A DNA stretch of 46,927 nt from Chloroflexota bacterium (GTDB lineage: Bacteria > Chloroflexota > Limnocylindria > Limnocylindrales > CSP1-4), in contig JAYTWS010000176.1 in assembly GCA_043743315.1 (NCBI GenBank), positions 1 through 46,927 of the forward strand, in the 5' to 3' direction. A program made the position numbers and the translations under genes. The notes under the pieces are model-generated. The model did no database searches. It was not told the origin of the DNA and worked only from the letters and a program-made list of their open reading frames with translations. Positions 32,157-42,070 of the stretch are shown here, piece by piece (the stretch's first letter is position 1; every line of letters begins with the position of its first letter).

Positions 32157-33224
32157 ATGAGCGACCGAATTCCCCTCACCGTCGCGGTCGTCGGCGCCAC
32201 CGGCGTCGTCGGTCGAACGATGGTCCAGGTCCTTGCTGAACGGAACTTCCCGATCGGCGAGTTGCGATTGCTCGCCTCCGGCCGATCGGCCGGGCGCATG
32301 GTTTCGGCGGCGGGCCGGACCATCGAAGTGCTCGAGGCCACGCCCGAGTCATTCGAGGGCGTCGACATCGCGCTGTTCAGCGCCGGTGGCGACATTTCGG
32401 CGGAGCTCGCGCCGCGGGCCGCTTCGCGCGGCGCAACGGTGATCGACAACTCCTCCGCCTGGCGCATGGATCCGTCGGTACCGCTCGTCGTGAGCCAGGT
32501 CAATCCCGAGGATCTTGCCTGGCATGAGGGCATCATCGCCAACCCGAATTGTTCGACCATGCAGCTCGCGCCTATCCTCATGGCCCTGCGCGATGCCGTC
32601 GGACTCGAGCGCGTGGTCGTCGATACCTATCAGTCCGTGTCCGGCACCGGCGCGGACGCGCTAGTGGAGCTCGATGGGCAGGTACGTGCGCATGTCGGCG
32701 GCGAGCCGATGGAATCGTCGGTCTATCCACACCCGATCGCGTTCAATGCGCTCCCGGAGATCGACGTCTTCCTGCCGGACGGTTCCACGAAGGAAGAGTG
32801 GAAGGTCGTGGCGGAGAGCCGCAAGATCCTGCACCTACCGGACCTGCGGGTCGCCTGCACGGCTGTACGCATCCCGGTTTTCGTCAGCCACTCGGAAGCG
32901 GTCCACGTCGAGACATCTCGGCCGATCGATCCCGAGCGTGCCCGGGCGCTGTTCGCCTCGGTGCCGGGGGTGATCGTCGAGGACGATCCTGGCCAGCACT
33001 TATACCCGCTCGCGACTCGGGCCGCCGGGCGCGATGAAATCTTCGTCGGGCGCGTCCGGCAAGATGCGTCCATCGAGGGCGCGCGCGGCCTGTCGTTGTG
33101 GGTCGTCTCGGACAACCTGCGCAAGGGTGCCGCGACCAACGCCGTCGAGCTCGCCGAGGTCCTCATTGCGCGAGGATGGGTACGCGCCGCCGCCCGACGT
33201 GCTGCCAGCGGGGCGCACGCGTGA
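32157..33224 (+). CDS. asd: Aspartate-semialdehyde dehydrogenase
   Basis: GATGVVG, IDNSSAWR, ANPNCST, YQSVSG, DNLRKGAA. Confidence 0.97.
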   Translation: MSDRIPLTVAVVGATGVVGRTMVQVLAERNFPIGELRLLASGRSAGRMVSAAGRTIEVLEATPESFEGVDIALFSAGGDISAELAPRAASRGATVIDNSSAWRMDPSVPLVVSQVNPEDLAWHEGIIANPNCSTMQLAPILMALRDAVGLERVVVDTYQSVSGTGADALVELDGQVRAHVGGEPMESSVYPHPIAFNALPEIDVFLPDGSTKEEWKVVAESRKILHLPDLRVACTAVRIPVFVSHSEAVHVETSRPIDPERARALFASVPGVIVEDDPGQHLYPLATRAAGRDEIFVGRVRQDASIEGARGLSLWVVSDNLRKGAATNAVELAEVLIARGWVRAAARRAASGAHA

Positions 33225-34108
33225 CCTCAACCGAGCGCCGCGCAGCGCTCGCGGCCATCGCCACCGAGGTGACGGCCTGTACCCGCTGCCGACTCCACCC
33301 CGGCCGGATCCAGGCCGTGCCCGGAGAGGGCCATCCCGATACCGAGGTCGTCTTCGTTGGCGAGGGACCGGGCCAGAACGAGGATCGGGTTGGTCGGCCG
33401 TTCGTAGGTCGTGCCGGCGACCTCCTCGTCCGGATGCTCGGTACGGTCGGCTGGCAGCGCGACGAGGTGTTCATAACGAACGTCGTCAAGTGTCGCCCGC
33501 CCGATAATCGCGATCCCGAGCCTGATGAGATCGAGGCCTGCCGCCCGTATCTCGAGCGCCAGTTGGCGGTCATCGATCCGGCACTCATCGTGACGCTCGG
33601 CCGGCATTCGATGGGCCGGTTCATTCCCGGTGCCAAAATCAGCCAGATCCACGGCACGACCCATCCGGTCGATCCTGCCACGGGCGCCACATCGGCGCTG
33701 GTCTTCGCCATGTACCACCCGGCCGCTGCACTCCGCTCGTCCGAAGTCGAACGCCAGAGCTTCGAGGACGCGGCGGGGATCCCCGCCGCCCTTCTGGAAG
33801 CCCGTCGAACCCGTAGCGAGCGTGCGCCCATGGCGGCGTCGCCCAACGCCGCTGAGCCGAACGCCGCCGCGCCGATTGTAGCGTCGCCGAGCGCCGCAGA
33901 GCCGATCGCCGCCGAGCGGAGCGCCGCCGAGCGGAGCGCCGCCGACCCGAACGGCGCCGAGTCGAACGCCGCCGATGCGGGTGCGATCACCACCGTGGCC
34001 GCGTCGCCGAGCGCCGCAGCCACACCTCTGACCGCCGGCTCCGTGCCGGCACGATCCCTTGAATCAATCACCATGAACTCGGCGCCCGAGGCGCCGACCC
34101 TATTCTGA
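33221..34108 (+). CDS. udg: Family 4 (Fe-S) uracil-DNA glycosylase with repetitive tail
   Basis: CTRCRL, GEGPG, PFVGRAG, KCRPPDNRDP, YHPAA; GTGA overlap with asd. Confidence 0.93.
   Translation: MTSTERRAALAAIATEVTACTRCRLHPGRIQAVPGEGHPDTEVVFVGEGPGQNEDRVGRPFVGRAGDLLVRMLGTVGWQRDEVFITNVVKCRPPDNRDPEPDEIEACRPYLERQLAVIDPALIVTLGRHSMGRFIPGAKISQIHGTTHPVDPATGATSALVFAMYHPAAALRSSEVERQSFEDAAGIPAALLEARRTRSERAPMAASPNAAEPNAAAPIVASPSAAEPIAAERSAAERSAADPNGAESNAADAGAITTVAASPSAAATPLTAGSVPARSLESITMNSAPEAPTLF
33833..33976 (+). repeat. 15-bp in-frame tandem repeat (about 9.5 units) in udg tail
   Basis: AASPN-AAEPN-AAAPI-VASPS-AAEPI-AAERS-AAERS-AADPN-GAESN. Confidence 0.85.
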
Positions 34109-34122
34109 ACGGACCACTCACC

Positions 34123-35808
34123 ATGCCCAAACGCGCCAAACCAGAACCCGAAGGCACGCCGCTCCGCATCATCCCGCTCGGTGGGGTGGGGGAGATCGGC
34201 AAGAACATGTACGTCTTCGAGTACGGCGATGACATCGTCGTCATCGACTGCGGCCTCATGTTCCCCGACGAGGAGATGTACGGCATCGACCTCGTCATTC
34301 CCGACATCACCTACCTCAAGGAACGCCGCGCGAACGTCAAGGCGTTCATCATCACCCACGCCCACGAGGACCACGTCGGCGCGCTGCCGTACGTCCTGCC
34401 CGAGTTCCCCGGCGTGCCGGTCTACGCATCGAAGCTCGCTCGCGGCTTGCTCGGCAACAAGATCAAGGAGCACAAGCTCCACAACAACCCGCTCGTGCCG
34501 CTCGAGCCCGGCGATGAGATCCAGATCGGCCCATTCGGCGTCGCGCCGTTTCGGATCGGCCATTCGATCCCGGATGCGATGGGGATCGCGCTTCGAACGC
34601 CGGTCGGGGTCGTCGTCCACACAGGCGACTTCAAATTCGACCACACACCAGTCGATGGACGGCTGTCCGACTTCCACATCCTCGCCCGGTTCGGCGAGGA
34701 GGGCGTCATCTGCCTGCTCTCTGACTCCACCCGAGCCGAGAACCCGGGCTACACCCCGTCCGAGCGGACGGTCGGCGAAGCGTTCCGCGAGATCATGGAG
34801 CCGCTCGACGGGCGGGTCATCGTGGCAACGTTCGCAAGCAACATCGCCCGCGTCCAGCAGGTCCTCGATGCCGCCAAGACGTTCGATCGCAAGGTCACCG
34901 TCATCGGGCGGTCGATGGAACAGAACTTCCGGATCGCCACCGACCTCGGGTACCTGACCCATGCCCCGGGGATGATCGTGCCGAAGGATCGGCTCAATGA
35001 GGTCCCTGACAACAAGCTCGTCATCTGCACCACCGGAGCTCAGGGCGAGCCGATGGCGGGCCTGGCACGGATGGCCAATCGAGACCATCGGTTCGTCGAG
35101 ATCAAGACCGGTGACACCGTCATTGTCAGCGCGAGCCCGATCCCGGGCAACGAGGAATACGTCAGTCGAACGATTGACAACCTGTTCAAGGCCGGCGCCA
35201 ATGTCTTCTACCACACGATCAAGCGCGCGCACGTGTCGGGTCACGCCAGCCAGGAGGAGCTGAAGCTGATGCTCGGACTCACAAAACCGAAACACTTCAT
35301 CCCGATCCATGGGGAATTCCGGATGCAGGTCCAGCACGGGCGCCTCGCGATCGAGACCGGCGTCGAACCCGAGAACGTGTTCATTATCGAGAACGGCCAG
35401 CCGATCGAGTTCCTCGCCGACGGCACCGCCCGTCGGGCCACGCCGGTGACAGCCGGATATGTGTTCGTCGACGGGCTGTCGGTCGGCGATGTCGGGGAGA
35501 TCGTGCTACGTGACCGGCGGGCCCTCGCCAACGATGGCATGTTCATGATCGTCGTGACCGTGGACAAGCAGACCGGCAACGTCATCGGGCGACCGGAGAT
35601 CATCACCCGCGGCTTCATCCACGGACCCGAGCACGACCGCGTTGTCGAGGCGGCTGTCGAACGTGTCATCAAGTCGGTCCAGACCCCAGGCGACCACATC
35701 AGCGAGATCGCGCTCCTCAAGACCCAGATCAAGGAGGGCGTGTCCCGCTTCCTGTACGAGCAGACGAAGCGGCGACCGATGGTCTTCCCCGTGGTCGTCG
35801 AGGTCTGA
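34123..35808 (+). CDS. rnj: Ribonuclease J
   Basis: PLGGVGEIGKNM, THAHEDH, HTGDFK, GAQGEP, HVSGH, PIHGE. Confidence 0.97.
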   Translation: MPKRAKPEPEGTPLRIIPLGGVGEIGKNMYVFEYGDDIVVIDCGLMFPDEEMYGIDLVIPDITYLKERRANVKAFIITHAHEDHVGALPYVLPEFPGVPVYASKLARGLLGNKIKEHKLHNNPLVPLEPGDEIQIGPFGVAPFRIGHSIPDAMGIALRTPVGVVVHTGDFKFDHTPVDGRLSDFHILARFGEEGVICLLSDSTRAENPGYTPSERTVGEAFREIMEPLDGRVIVATFASNIARVQQVLDAAKTFDRKVTVIGRSMEQNFRIATDLGYLTHAPGMIVPKDRLNEVPDNKLVICTTGAQGEPMAGLARMANRDHRFVEIKTGDTVIVSASPIPGNEEYVSRTIDNLFKAGANVFYHTIKRAHVSGHASQEELKLMLGLTKPKHFIPIHGEFRMQVQHGRLAIETGVEPENVFIIENGQPIEFLADGTARRATPVTAGYVFVDGLSVGDVGEIVLRDRRALANDGMFMIVVTVDKQTGNVIGRPEIITRGFIHGPEHDRVVEAAVERVIKSVQTPGDHISEIALLKTQIKEGVSRFLYEQTKRRPMVFPVVVEV

Positions 35809-35810
35809 TC

Positions 35811-38180
35811 GTGGCCACCCGTCGGCGATCGGCGCCTCGCCGCACCCGCCGCCGCTCCGGATTCTCGTTTCCGGCGTTCAACCTTCCGCCGATCAACCCG
35901 GAGGTCGCCCGATCGATCATCGGAATCGTCCTCCTGGTCCTCGGTGCCGTGACGCTCATCGCCCTCGTCCTGCCCGGGCAGGGACGGCTGACGGACTGGT
36001 GGATCGGATCGGTCGGTCCGTGGTTCGGCAGCTTGCGCTGGCTCCTGCCCTTCCTCCTGCTGGGAGGCGGCTGGTACCTCGAGTGGGGCCCCGGGACGCG
36101 GCCGCAGTCAGGCTGGGGCGTCACGATCGCCGGGCTCACGCTGGCCTACGTCGCGCTCCTCGGCGCCGTCCAGATCACGGCCACCTGGAGTGGGGGACGG
36201 CTCGGGCGATTCTTCACCGACCTCCTCGTCGATCCGCTCACGGCCCCGGGCGCGTTCGTGCTTCTCGTGGCCGTGGCCGCCGTGGGCGTGATGTTGGCCT
36301 TCAACCTGCCGTTGCGTGACCTCGTCCGGCCGGGTACGCGAGTGGCCCGCTGGCTTGGTACGACCGTCTCCGCCTCCATGCAGCGCGACGCACGACCCAG
36401 CACGACGGGAATCGATCAGGCCGCGCCCACCACGAGGGCAGAGCGGGCGGTCGCTGCCGGGATCGCGACGCGGGCCGGGCGAACCTCGATCTCGACGGCA
36501 TCCTCGAGCGGACAGACCGGGATCTGGGGTGGCGATGATCCGGATCGCATTCCGGCCGGCGTTCCGTCGCAGGCACAGACCTCGAACACGTTCGCACCGC
36601 CGCGCTCGGCGATGGGCTCGGCTGCGACGTCGCCGACGGCGAACACGACGGCCCCCGCACTCCGTACCCTCCGCAATCCGGACGACATCACGGATGCGTC
36701 CGATTCGCCGCCGACGGTCGAACGGCGCGAGTACGTGCTCCCGCCACTCGAGCTGCTGGACGCCACGATCGTGCCGGTCGTGATCGGCAGCGACGACGCC
36801 CACCATCGGCGGAACGAGGAGATCATCGTCAAGAAGCTCGCGAGCTTCGATATTCCTGCGCAGATCATCGGCCGCAACGCCGGCCCCGTCGTGACCCAGT
36901 ACGAGGTGCAGCCGGCTCCGCACATCAAGGTCAGCCGGATCGAGGGCCTCGCCGACGACCTGGCCATGGCCCTTGCCGCGCGATCGCTCCGGATCGAGGC
37001 ACCGATCCCCGGCAAAAGCGCGGTCGGCATCGAGGTCCCGAACGAGGATTTCAACGTCGTCACGCTCCGCGGCATCCTCGAATCGGTCGACTTCACGAGC
37101 AACGCGACGTCGCGCCTGACCTTCGCTCTCGGCCGAGACGTGGCCGGCCGGGCCCAGGCCGTCGATCTCGCCAAGATGCCCCACCTGCTCATCGCCGGCG
37201 CCACCGGCTCCGGAAAGAGCGTGATGGTCAACGCGGTCATCACAAGCCTCTTGTGCAACTCGACGCCCGACGACGTGCGGATGATCCTGATGGACCTCAA
37301 GCGCGTCGAGCTCGCGTCCTACAACGGCCTGCCACACCTACTCGTGCCCGTCATCACCGAACCGGACCGGGCAAAGTCCGCCCTGAAGTGGGCGGTCAAC
37401 GAGATGGAGGGCCGCTACCGGCGGTTCGCCGGGGCGACGGCCCGCAACATCCGCGGGTACAACGAGACCCGGGTCGACCCGGAAGACAAGATGCCGTACA
37501 TCGTCATCGTCATCGACGAGCTGGCCGATCTCATGATGCGCGAGGGTAAGAATGTCGAAGATCCCATCGTCCGGCTGGCCCAGAAGGCCCGCGCGACCGG
37601 GATCCACATGGTCCTCGCAACGCAACGTCCGTCGGTCAACGTGGTGACCGGGTTGATCAAAGCGAATTTCCCGAGCCGGATTGCGTTCGCGATGGCCTCC
37701 CAGATCGATTCGCGGACGATCCTCGATTCACCCGGTGCCGAGGACTTGATCGGGCGCGGCGACATGCTCTATCAGCCATCCGACGCCCCGCGCCCGATGC
37801 GCCACCAGGGCGTGTTCGTGTCCGATGCCGAGATCGCCCGCGTGACCCAGCACTGGTTCGACCAGATTGACGATCCGCACTACGACATGGCGATCATCGA
37901 ATCGGATGAGGATTCGACGGGCACGGCCGAACCGATCACCGACCAGGACGCAGACCGGCTCCTCCCGGACGCCATCGGCGTGATCCGGGAGTACGATCGA
38001 GCCTCGGCGTCGCTCCTGCAGCGACGCCTCAAGGTCGGCTACGCGCGGGCCGCGAGGATGATCGACCAGTTGCAGGAACGCGGGTATATCGGGGCGTTCG
38101 ATGGCTCGAATGCACGCGTCGTGCTGCGTCGCGAGGAGCCGGACGCGGAAGATCACGGCGACCTCAGCGGAGACGAGTGA
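35811..38180 (+). CDS. ftsK: DNA translocase FtsK/SpoIIIE
   Basis: N-terminal TM segments, GATGSGKS, IDELAD, ATQRPS, gamma domain SLLQRRLKVGYARA. Confidence 0.96.
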   Translation: MATRRRSAPRRTRRRSGFSFPAFNLPPINPEVARSIIGIVLLVLGAVTLIALVLPGQGRLTDWWIGSVGPWFGSLRWLLPFLLLGGGWYLEWGPGTRPQSGWGVTIAGLTLAYVALLGAVQITATWSGGRLGRFFTDLLVDPLTAPGAFVLLVAVAAVGVMLAFNLPLRDLVRPGTRVARWLGTTVSASMQRDARPSTTGIDQAAPTTRAERAVAAGIATRAGRTSISTASSSGQTGIWGGDDPDRIPAGVPSQAQTSNTFAPPRSAMGSAATSPTANTTAPALRTLRNPDDITDASDSPPTVERREYVLPPLELLDATIVPVVIGSDDAHHRRNEEIIVKKLASFDIPAQIIGRNAGPVVTQYEVQPAPHIKVSRIEGLADDLAMALAARSLRIEAPIPGKSAVGIEVPNEDFNVVTLRGILESVDFTSNATSRLTFALGRDVAGRAQAVDLAKMPHLLIAGATGSGKSVMVNAVITSLLCNSTPDDVRMILMDLKRVELASYNGLPHLLVPVITEPDRAKSALKWAVNEMEGRYRRFAGATARNIRGYNETRVDPEDKMPYIVIVIDELADLMMREGKNVEDPIVRLAQKARATGIHMVLATQRPSVNVVTGLIKANFPSRIAFAMASQIDSRTILDSPGAEDLIGRGDMLYQPSDAPRPMRHQGVFVSDAEIARVTQHWFDQIDDPHYDMAIIESDEDSTGTAEPITDQDADRLLPDAIGVIREYDRASASLLQRRLKVGYARAARMIDQLQERGYIGAFDGSNARVVLRREEPDAEDHGDLSGDE

Positions 38181-39595
38181 GCATGGGCACGAGGGACGAA
38201 GCGCGCCGCTCCCGCGCCACGCCGCGGCCGCTCGACCGAATTCCCGATCGTCTCACGCCCCACGCCGAGACGACGCCGTCCCTCCCGGATCGCCTCGCGA
38301 GCGCCCGTGAGCGCAAGGGGGTCGACCTCCTCCGCGCCGAGCGCGACACCAAGATCCGTGCCCGGTACCTGGGAGCGCTGGAGCGTGGCGACTACCGGGA
38401 CCTCCCGGGCGCCGTCTACACCAAGGGATTCCTTCGTAACTACGCGGTCTATCTGGGCCTCGATCCCGAGGACGTCCTCCGGCACTGGCGCCGTGAACGC
38501 GGTGATCTGACCCCGACCGAGGCCGTCGTGATCGCGCCGCGGACCATGGTCGAAGCGCCGCGGACCCTGACGTTCTCGCCGTCCGTGGTCGTCGCCGCGC
38601 TGATGACGTTCGGGGTCATCCTGTTCGGGTTCTACCTCGCCGTCCAACTGCTTCGATTCGCGAAGCCACCCGTGCTGTCGGTATCGAATCCAGTGACAGC
38701 GGTGGTCGACGTCGATGAATCCGCGACATCGTTCGTCCTCGCCGGCACGTCATCGCCGGGGGCCACCATCACGGTCTCGGTTCCCGGACAGGCCCAGCCG
38801 CGCCGGGTCACCGCGCTCTCCGACGGATCCTGGAGCGTCACCGTGGATCTGCGGCGGGGCACGAACCAGTTCGACATCAACGCCGTGGATCCCGAGACCG
38901 GCAAGGCGACCGAAACGCCCCAGCAGGTCATCATCAAGGTCCCGTACCTGGTCATCCAGGCCCCAACCCTGACAGTGACCCAGCCGCAGGACGGCGCGAC
39001 TTACGAGAACGGTGCCATCCCGGTCGAGGGGATGACCTCGAACGCCAAGAGCGTGGTGGTGACTGCCACGTACCTGGGCCCGCCCGACGGATCCACGCCC
39101 GCACCGACGCCGACGCCGACCCCCGCTCCGACCCTTGCGCCGGGCGTGACGCCCGAGCCCGCCCCCGACGCCCATACCGTCGCGGTCGCCGATGACGGCA
39201 CATTCACGACGCCACTCGAACTCATCGAAGGCCGCTGGTCCATCCAGGTGACGGCGACATCGCCGGAGGGCAAGACGACCTCGCTGACGCGATCAGTCAC
39301 GGTGGCGTACACCGGCGTGAACCTGGCCGTTGCCATCGTGGGTGGGGACGCGTGGATCAAGGTATGGATCGATGGCGTGCTCGACCCGTCGATCTCCGCG
39401 AGCGGCAAGGTCTATTCGAAGGGGCGGACGCTCACGTTCACCGGCAAGACGTCGGTCGAAATTCGGACGGGGTCCTCCGGCTACACCCAGTTCACCCTCA
39501 ATGGGGTGCCGCTCGGGGCCCTCGGGAAGCCCGGCATCCCGGAGACGTGGCTCTTCCAGCCGCCGTCTGCCCCGACGTTGACGCAGCACCGCTGA
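38177..39595 (+). CDS. rodZ: RodZ-like protein: HTH, TM, two Ig-like domains, C-terminal beta domain
   Basis: YLGALERG, YTKGFLRNYAVYLGLD, TM helix, DAWIKVWIDG tail; follows ftsK; start 38177 or 38183. Confidence 0.8.
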   Translation: MSMGTRDEARRSRATPRPLDRIPDRLTPHAETTPSLPDRLASARERKGVDLLRAERDTKIRARYLGALERGDYRDLPGAVYTKGFLRNYAVYLGLDPEDVLRHWRRERGDLTPTEAVVIAPRTMVEAPRTLTFSPSVVVAALMTFGVILFGFYLAVQLLRFAKPPVLSVSNPVTAVVDVDESATSFVLAGTSSPGATITVSVPGQAQPRRVTALSDGSWSVTVDLRRGTNQFDINAVDPETGKATETPQQVIIKVPYLVIQAPTLTVTQPQDGATYENGAIPVEGMTSNAKSVVVTATYLGPPDGSTPAPTPTPTPAPTLAPGVTPEPAPDAHTVAVADDGTFTTPLELIEGRWSIQVTATSPEGKTTSLTRSVTVAYTGVNLAVAIVGGDAWIKVWIDGVLDPSISASGKVYSKGRTLTFTGKTSVEIRTGSSGYTQFTLNGVPLGALGKPGIPETWLFQPPSAPTLTQHR

Positions 39596-39600
39596 TCGAG

Positions 39601-40110
39601 ATGGCTGATCCGGAGCTCCTCGCGCTCGCCGAGCGGTTGCAGGGTCTCTGCATCGGTCGAGAGATGACCGTGGCCACCGCCGAATCCTGCACGGGCGGCC
39701 TCCTGGCCGCGGTCATCACCGACGTCCCCGGTTCGTCCGCCTACTTCCGCGGTTCGGTCGTCGCGTATGCCGACGCGACCAAGGTCGCACTCCTCGACGT
39801 CCCGGGAGCCACGCTCGAGGCGCATGGCGCCGTCAGTGCCCAGACGGCCCGGGCCATGGCCATCGGCATCCGGCTGCGCCTCGGCGTGTCGATGGCGGTC
39901 TCCGTGACCGGAATTTCCGGCCCCGATGGCGGCTCGGACGAGAAACCTGTCGGATTGACGTACATCGGTCTGGCCGATGAGGGCGCCAGCGATGTCCGAC
40001 GCCATACCTGGACAGGGGATCGGGCCGCGAACCGGCACGAGAGCGTCCGGACAGCCCTTCGGTGGCTGATCGAACGGGCGGAGACACCGGCGCCGGGCGA
40101 GGGCCCGTGA
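39601..40110 (+). CDS. cinA: CinA C-terminal domain protein (NMN deamidase PncC-like)
   Basis: ATAESCTGG, PGSSAYF, HGAVS, TGISGP, KPVG. Confidence 0.92.
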   Translation: MADPELLALAERLQGLCIGREMTVATAESCTGGLLAAVITDVPGSSAYFRGSVVAYADATKVALLDVPGATLEAHGAVSAQTARAMAIGIRLRLGVSMAVSVTGISGPDGGSDEKPVGLTYIGLADEGASDVRRHTWTGDRAANRHESVRTALRWLIERAETPAPGEGP

Positions 40111-41669
40111 CCCGCACCGCTGCCGAGATCGGCGCCGGGCTTGCCCCCATCCGGACGGCGCGGTTGATCGAACCGGGAGAGCGCATGCACATCGTTGGTA
40201 TTGCCGGCGCCGGCGCCTCCGGCGCGGCCCTGCTGGCTCATGCGGCCGGTGCCGTGGTCTCCGGGTGCGATGCAGGTGGTCCGTCACCTTACTCCGCAGC
40301 CGTCATCCGGGCGGGGATCCCGGTCGACTGGCGGCATGACGCCGCGCACATCGGCGGCGCCAACCACCCGACCCGACTCGCCGTGACGAAGGCCTTGACC
40401 GCGACGGCGCCAGACCATCCGGAGCTGGAGGCAGCCCGTCGGGCGGGACTGGTCATCGAGCCGTGGCAGCAGATCGTGGCGGATGCGGCTGCCGGCCGCC
40501 GACTCGTGGCGATCGCCGGAACGCACGGCAAAAGCACCACCAGCGGCTGGCTGGTGCACCTCCTGGCGCATGCCGGGTTCGATCCGTCAGCCTTCGTCGG
40601 GGCGCTGCTCCCTGGTTCCGTGACGCATCACGGGCCCGCGACCGCGCGCATCGGTCTTGGTCCTGCGTTCGTGGTCGAGGCCGACGAATACGCCGGCAAC
40701 TTCGATGCGTACCGTCCGGATGTCGCCGTCCTCACGAGCATCGAGTGGGATCATCCGGATGTCTTTGCTGATCTGGCCGCGGTCGAGGCGTCGTTCGGGG
40801 CATGGGTCAGTGCGATACCGGCAGGGGGCACGCTGATAGCGAACATCGGCGATCCGGGCGTCGCCGGCCTCCTCGGGAACCTCGCCAGGGCGCTTCCCCT
40901 GCGCTTGATCGCGTACGCCGTGTCCGACGCGCCACCCGGTCGATCTGGGTATCAGCGCGGCATTGCCGAGCAATACGCGACGGCTGTCGGTCCCGCCGAG
41001 GCGATCCTCGGCCGTGTGATCCGGGCAGCGCCGACGGGAACGACCGTGGAGATCAGCGGCGTGGACGCCATCGTCGGCCCCGTACGCGTGGAGTTGCCGA
41101 CGGCCGGGCAGCACAACGTCGCCAACGCGCTCGGCGTCGCGGGAGCAGCGCTCGCCCTCGAGGTCGATCCGGCTTCTATCGCTTCCGGCCTCGAGACCTT
41201 CGACGGCATCGGGCGTCGGCTGGAGCGGAAGGGCGAGGTCGCGGGTGTCGTGGTGTATGACGATTACGGGCACCACCCGACCGCCATCCGGGCGACGCTG
41301 GCTGCTGTGCGCCAGCGGGAACCGGGCCGGCGCCTGTGGGCCGTGTATGAGCCGCTGACGTTTCACCGGACCGCCGCCCTGCTCCCTGCGTTCGCTACCG
41401 CCCTCGCCGAGGCAGATGCTGTCCTGATCGCCGACATCTGGCCCGGCCGCGACACCGATACCACCGTCACCTCGCCCGACGAGCTGGCCTCGGCCGTCCG
41501 CCGACTGCGGCCGGAAGTGCCGGTTGCCGCCTCCGGGTCCGTGGATCGGACCGCCGAGCGGCTGGCCCGCGAGGTCACAGCCGGCGACGTGGTCCTCGTG
41601 ATGGGCGGAGGTCGTAGCTACCGCATCGGGGAGCAGCTCATCGAGCGGCTCGGGCAGAACCGCTCGTGA
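40107..41669 (+). CDS. murC: MurC/Mpl-like Mur ligase
   Basis: GIAGAGASG, AGTHGKSTT, VEADE, DHPD, DDYGHHPTAI. Confidence 0.8.
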   Translation: MTRTAAEIGAGLAPIRTARLIEPGERMHIVGIAGAGASGAALLAHAAGAVVSGCDAGGPSPYSAAVIRAGIPVDWRHDAAHIGGANHPTRLAVTKALTATAPDHPELEAARRAGLVIEPWQQIVADAAAGRRLVAIAGTHGKSTTSGWLVHLLAHAGFDPSAFVGALLPGSVTHHGPATARIGLGPAFVVEADEYAGNFDAYRPDVAVLTSIEWDHPDVFADLAAVEASFGAWVSAIPAGGTLIANIGDPGVAGLLGNLARALPLRLIAYAVSDAPPGRSGYQRGIAEQYATAVGPAEAILGRVIRAAPTGTTVEISGVDAIVGPVRVELPTAGQHNVANALGVAGAALALEVDPASIASGLETFDGIGRRLERKGEVAGVVVYDDYGHHPTAIRATLAAVRQREPGRRLWAVYEPLTFHRTAALLPAFATALAEADAVLIADIWPGRDTDTTVTSPDELASAVRRLRPEVPVAASGSVDRTAERLAREVTAGDVVLVMGGGRSYRIGEQLIERLGQNRS

Positions 41670-42055
41670 CCGCCCTGGATCATGCGAGGGCTGCGGACCT
41701 CCTCGACCGGCTGGCGGAGGTTCGGGCGTCATTCGATGGCGATGCCTGGGTGGAGCTCTTCACTCCCGACATCCGATGGCACTCGAACCCGTTTGACGAG
41801 CCGCACGTCGGCCACAACGCCATGCGGGCCGTACTGCTCGAGGCCTCCCGACGCGAAGAACAGGTAGAGTGCACGTTCGAACGCCACTGGGTCGTGCCGC
41901 CGACGATCCTGGCACCATGGCATGGAAGCCATGTGGACCGCGGGCATCGGACCCGCGTGCGCACGGCCGGGTTCGTGGCTCTCGAGCTCGCGTCCGACGA
42001 GCGCATTCGGATCGCCCGGTGGTGGCCGGCAGGAACGACAACTTCGATCGAGTAA
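41666..42055 (+). CDS. NTF2/SnoaL-like protein
   Basis: FDGDAWVELFTPD, NPFDEPHVG pattern; GTGA overlap with murC-like gene. Confidence 0.75.
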   Translation: MTALDHARAADLLDRLAEVRASFDGDAWVELFTPDIRWHSNPFDEPHVGHNAMRAVLLEASRREEQVECTFERHWVVPPTILAPWHGSHVDRGHRTRVRTAGFVALELASDERIRIARWWPAGTTTSIE

Positions 42056-42070
42056 GGAGGCCGCGCACCG

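Noticed and set aside
31635-32239. Plus-strand ORFs of 88-154 aa in the pnp-asd gap
   Set aside because: Atypical codons, no recognisable motifs, and they overlap the repeats or the asd promoter
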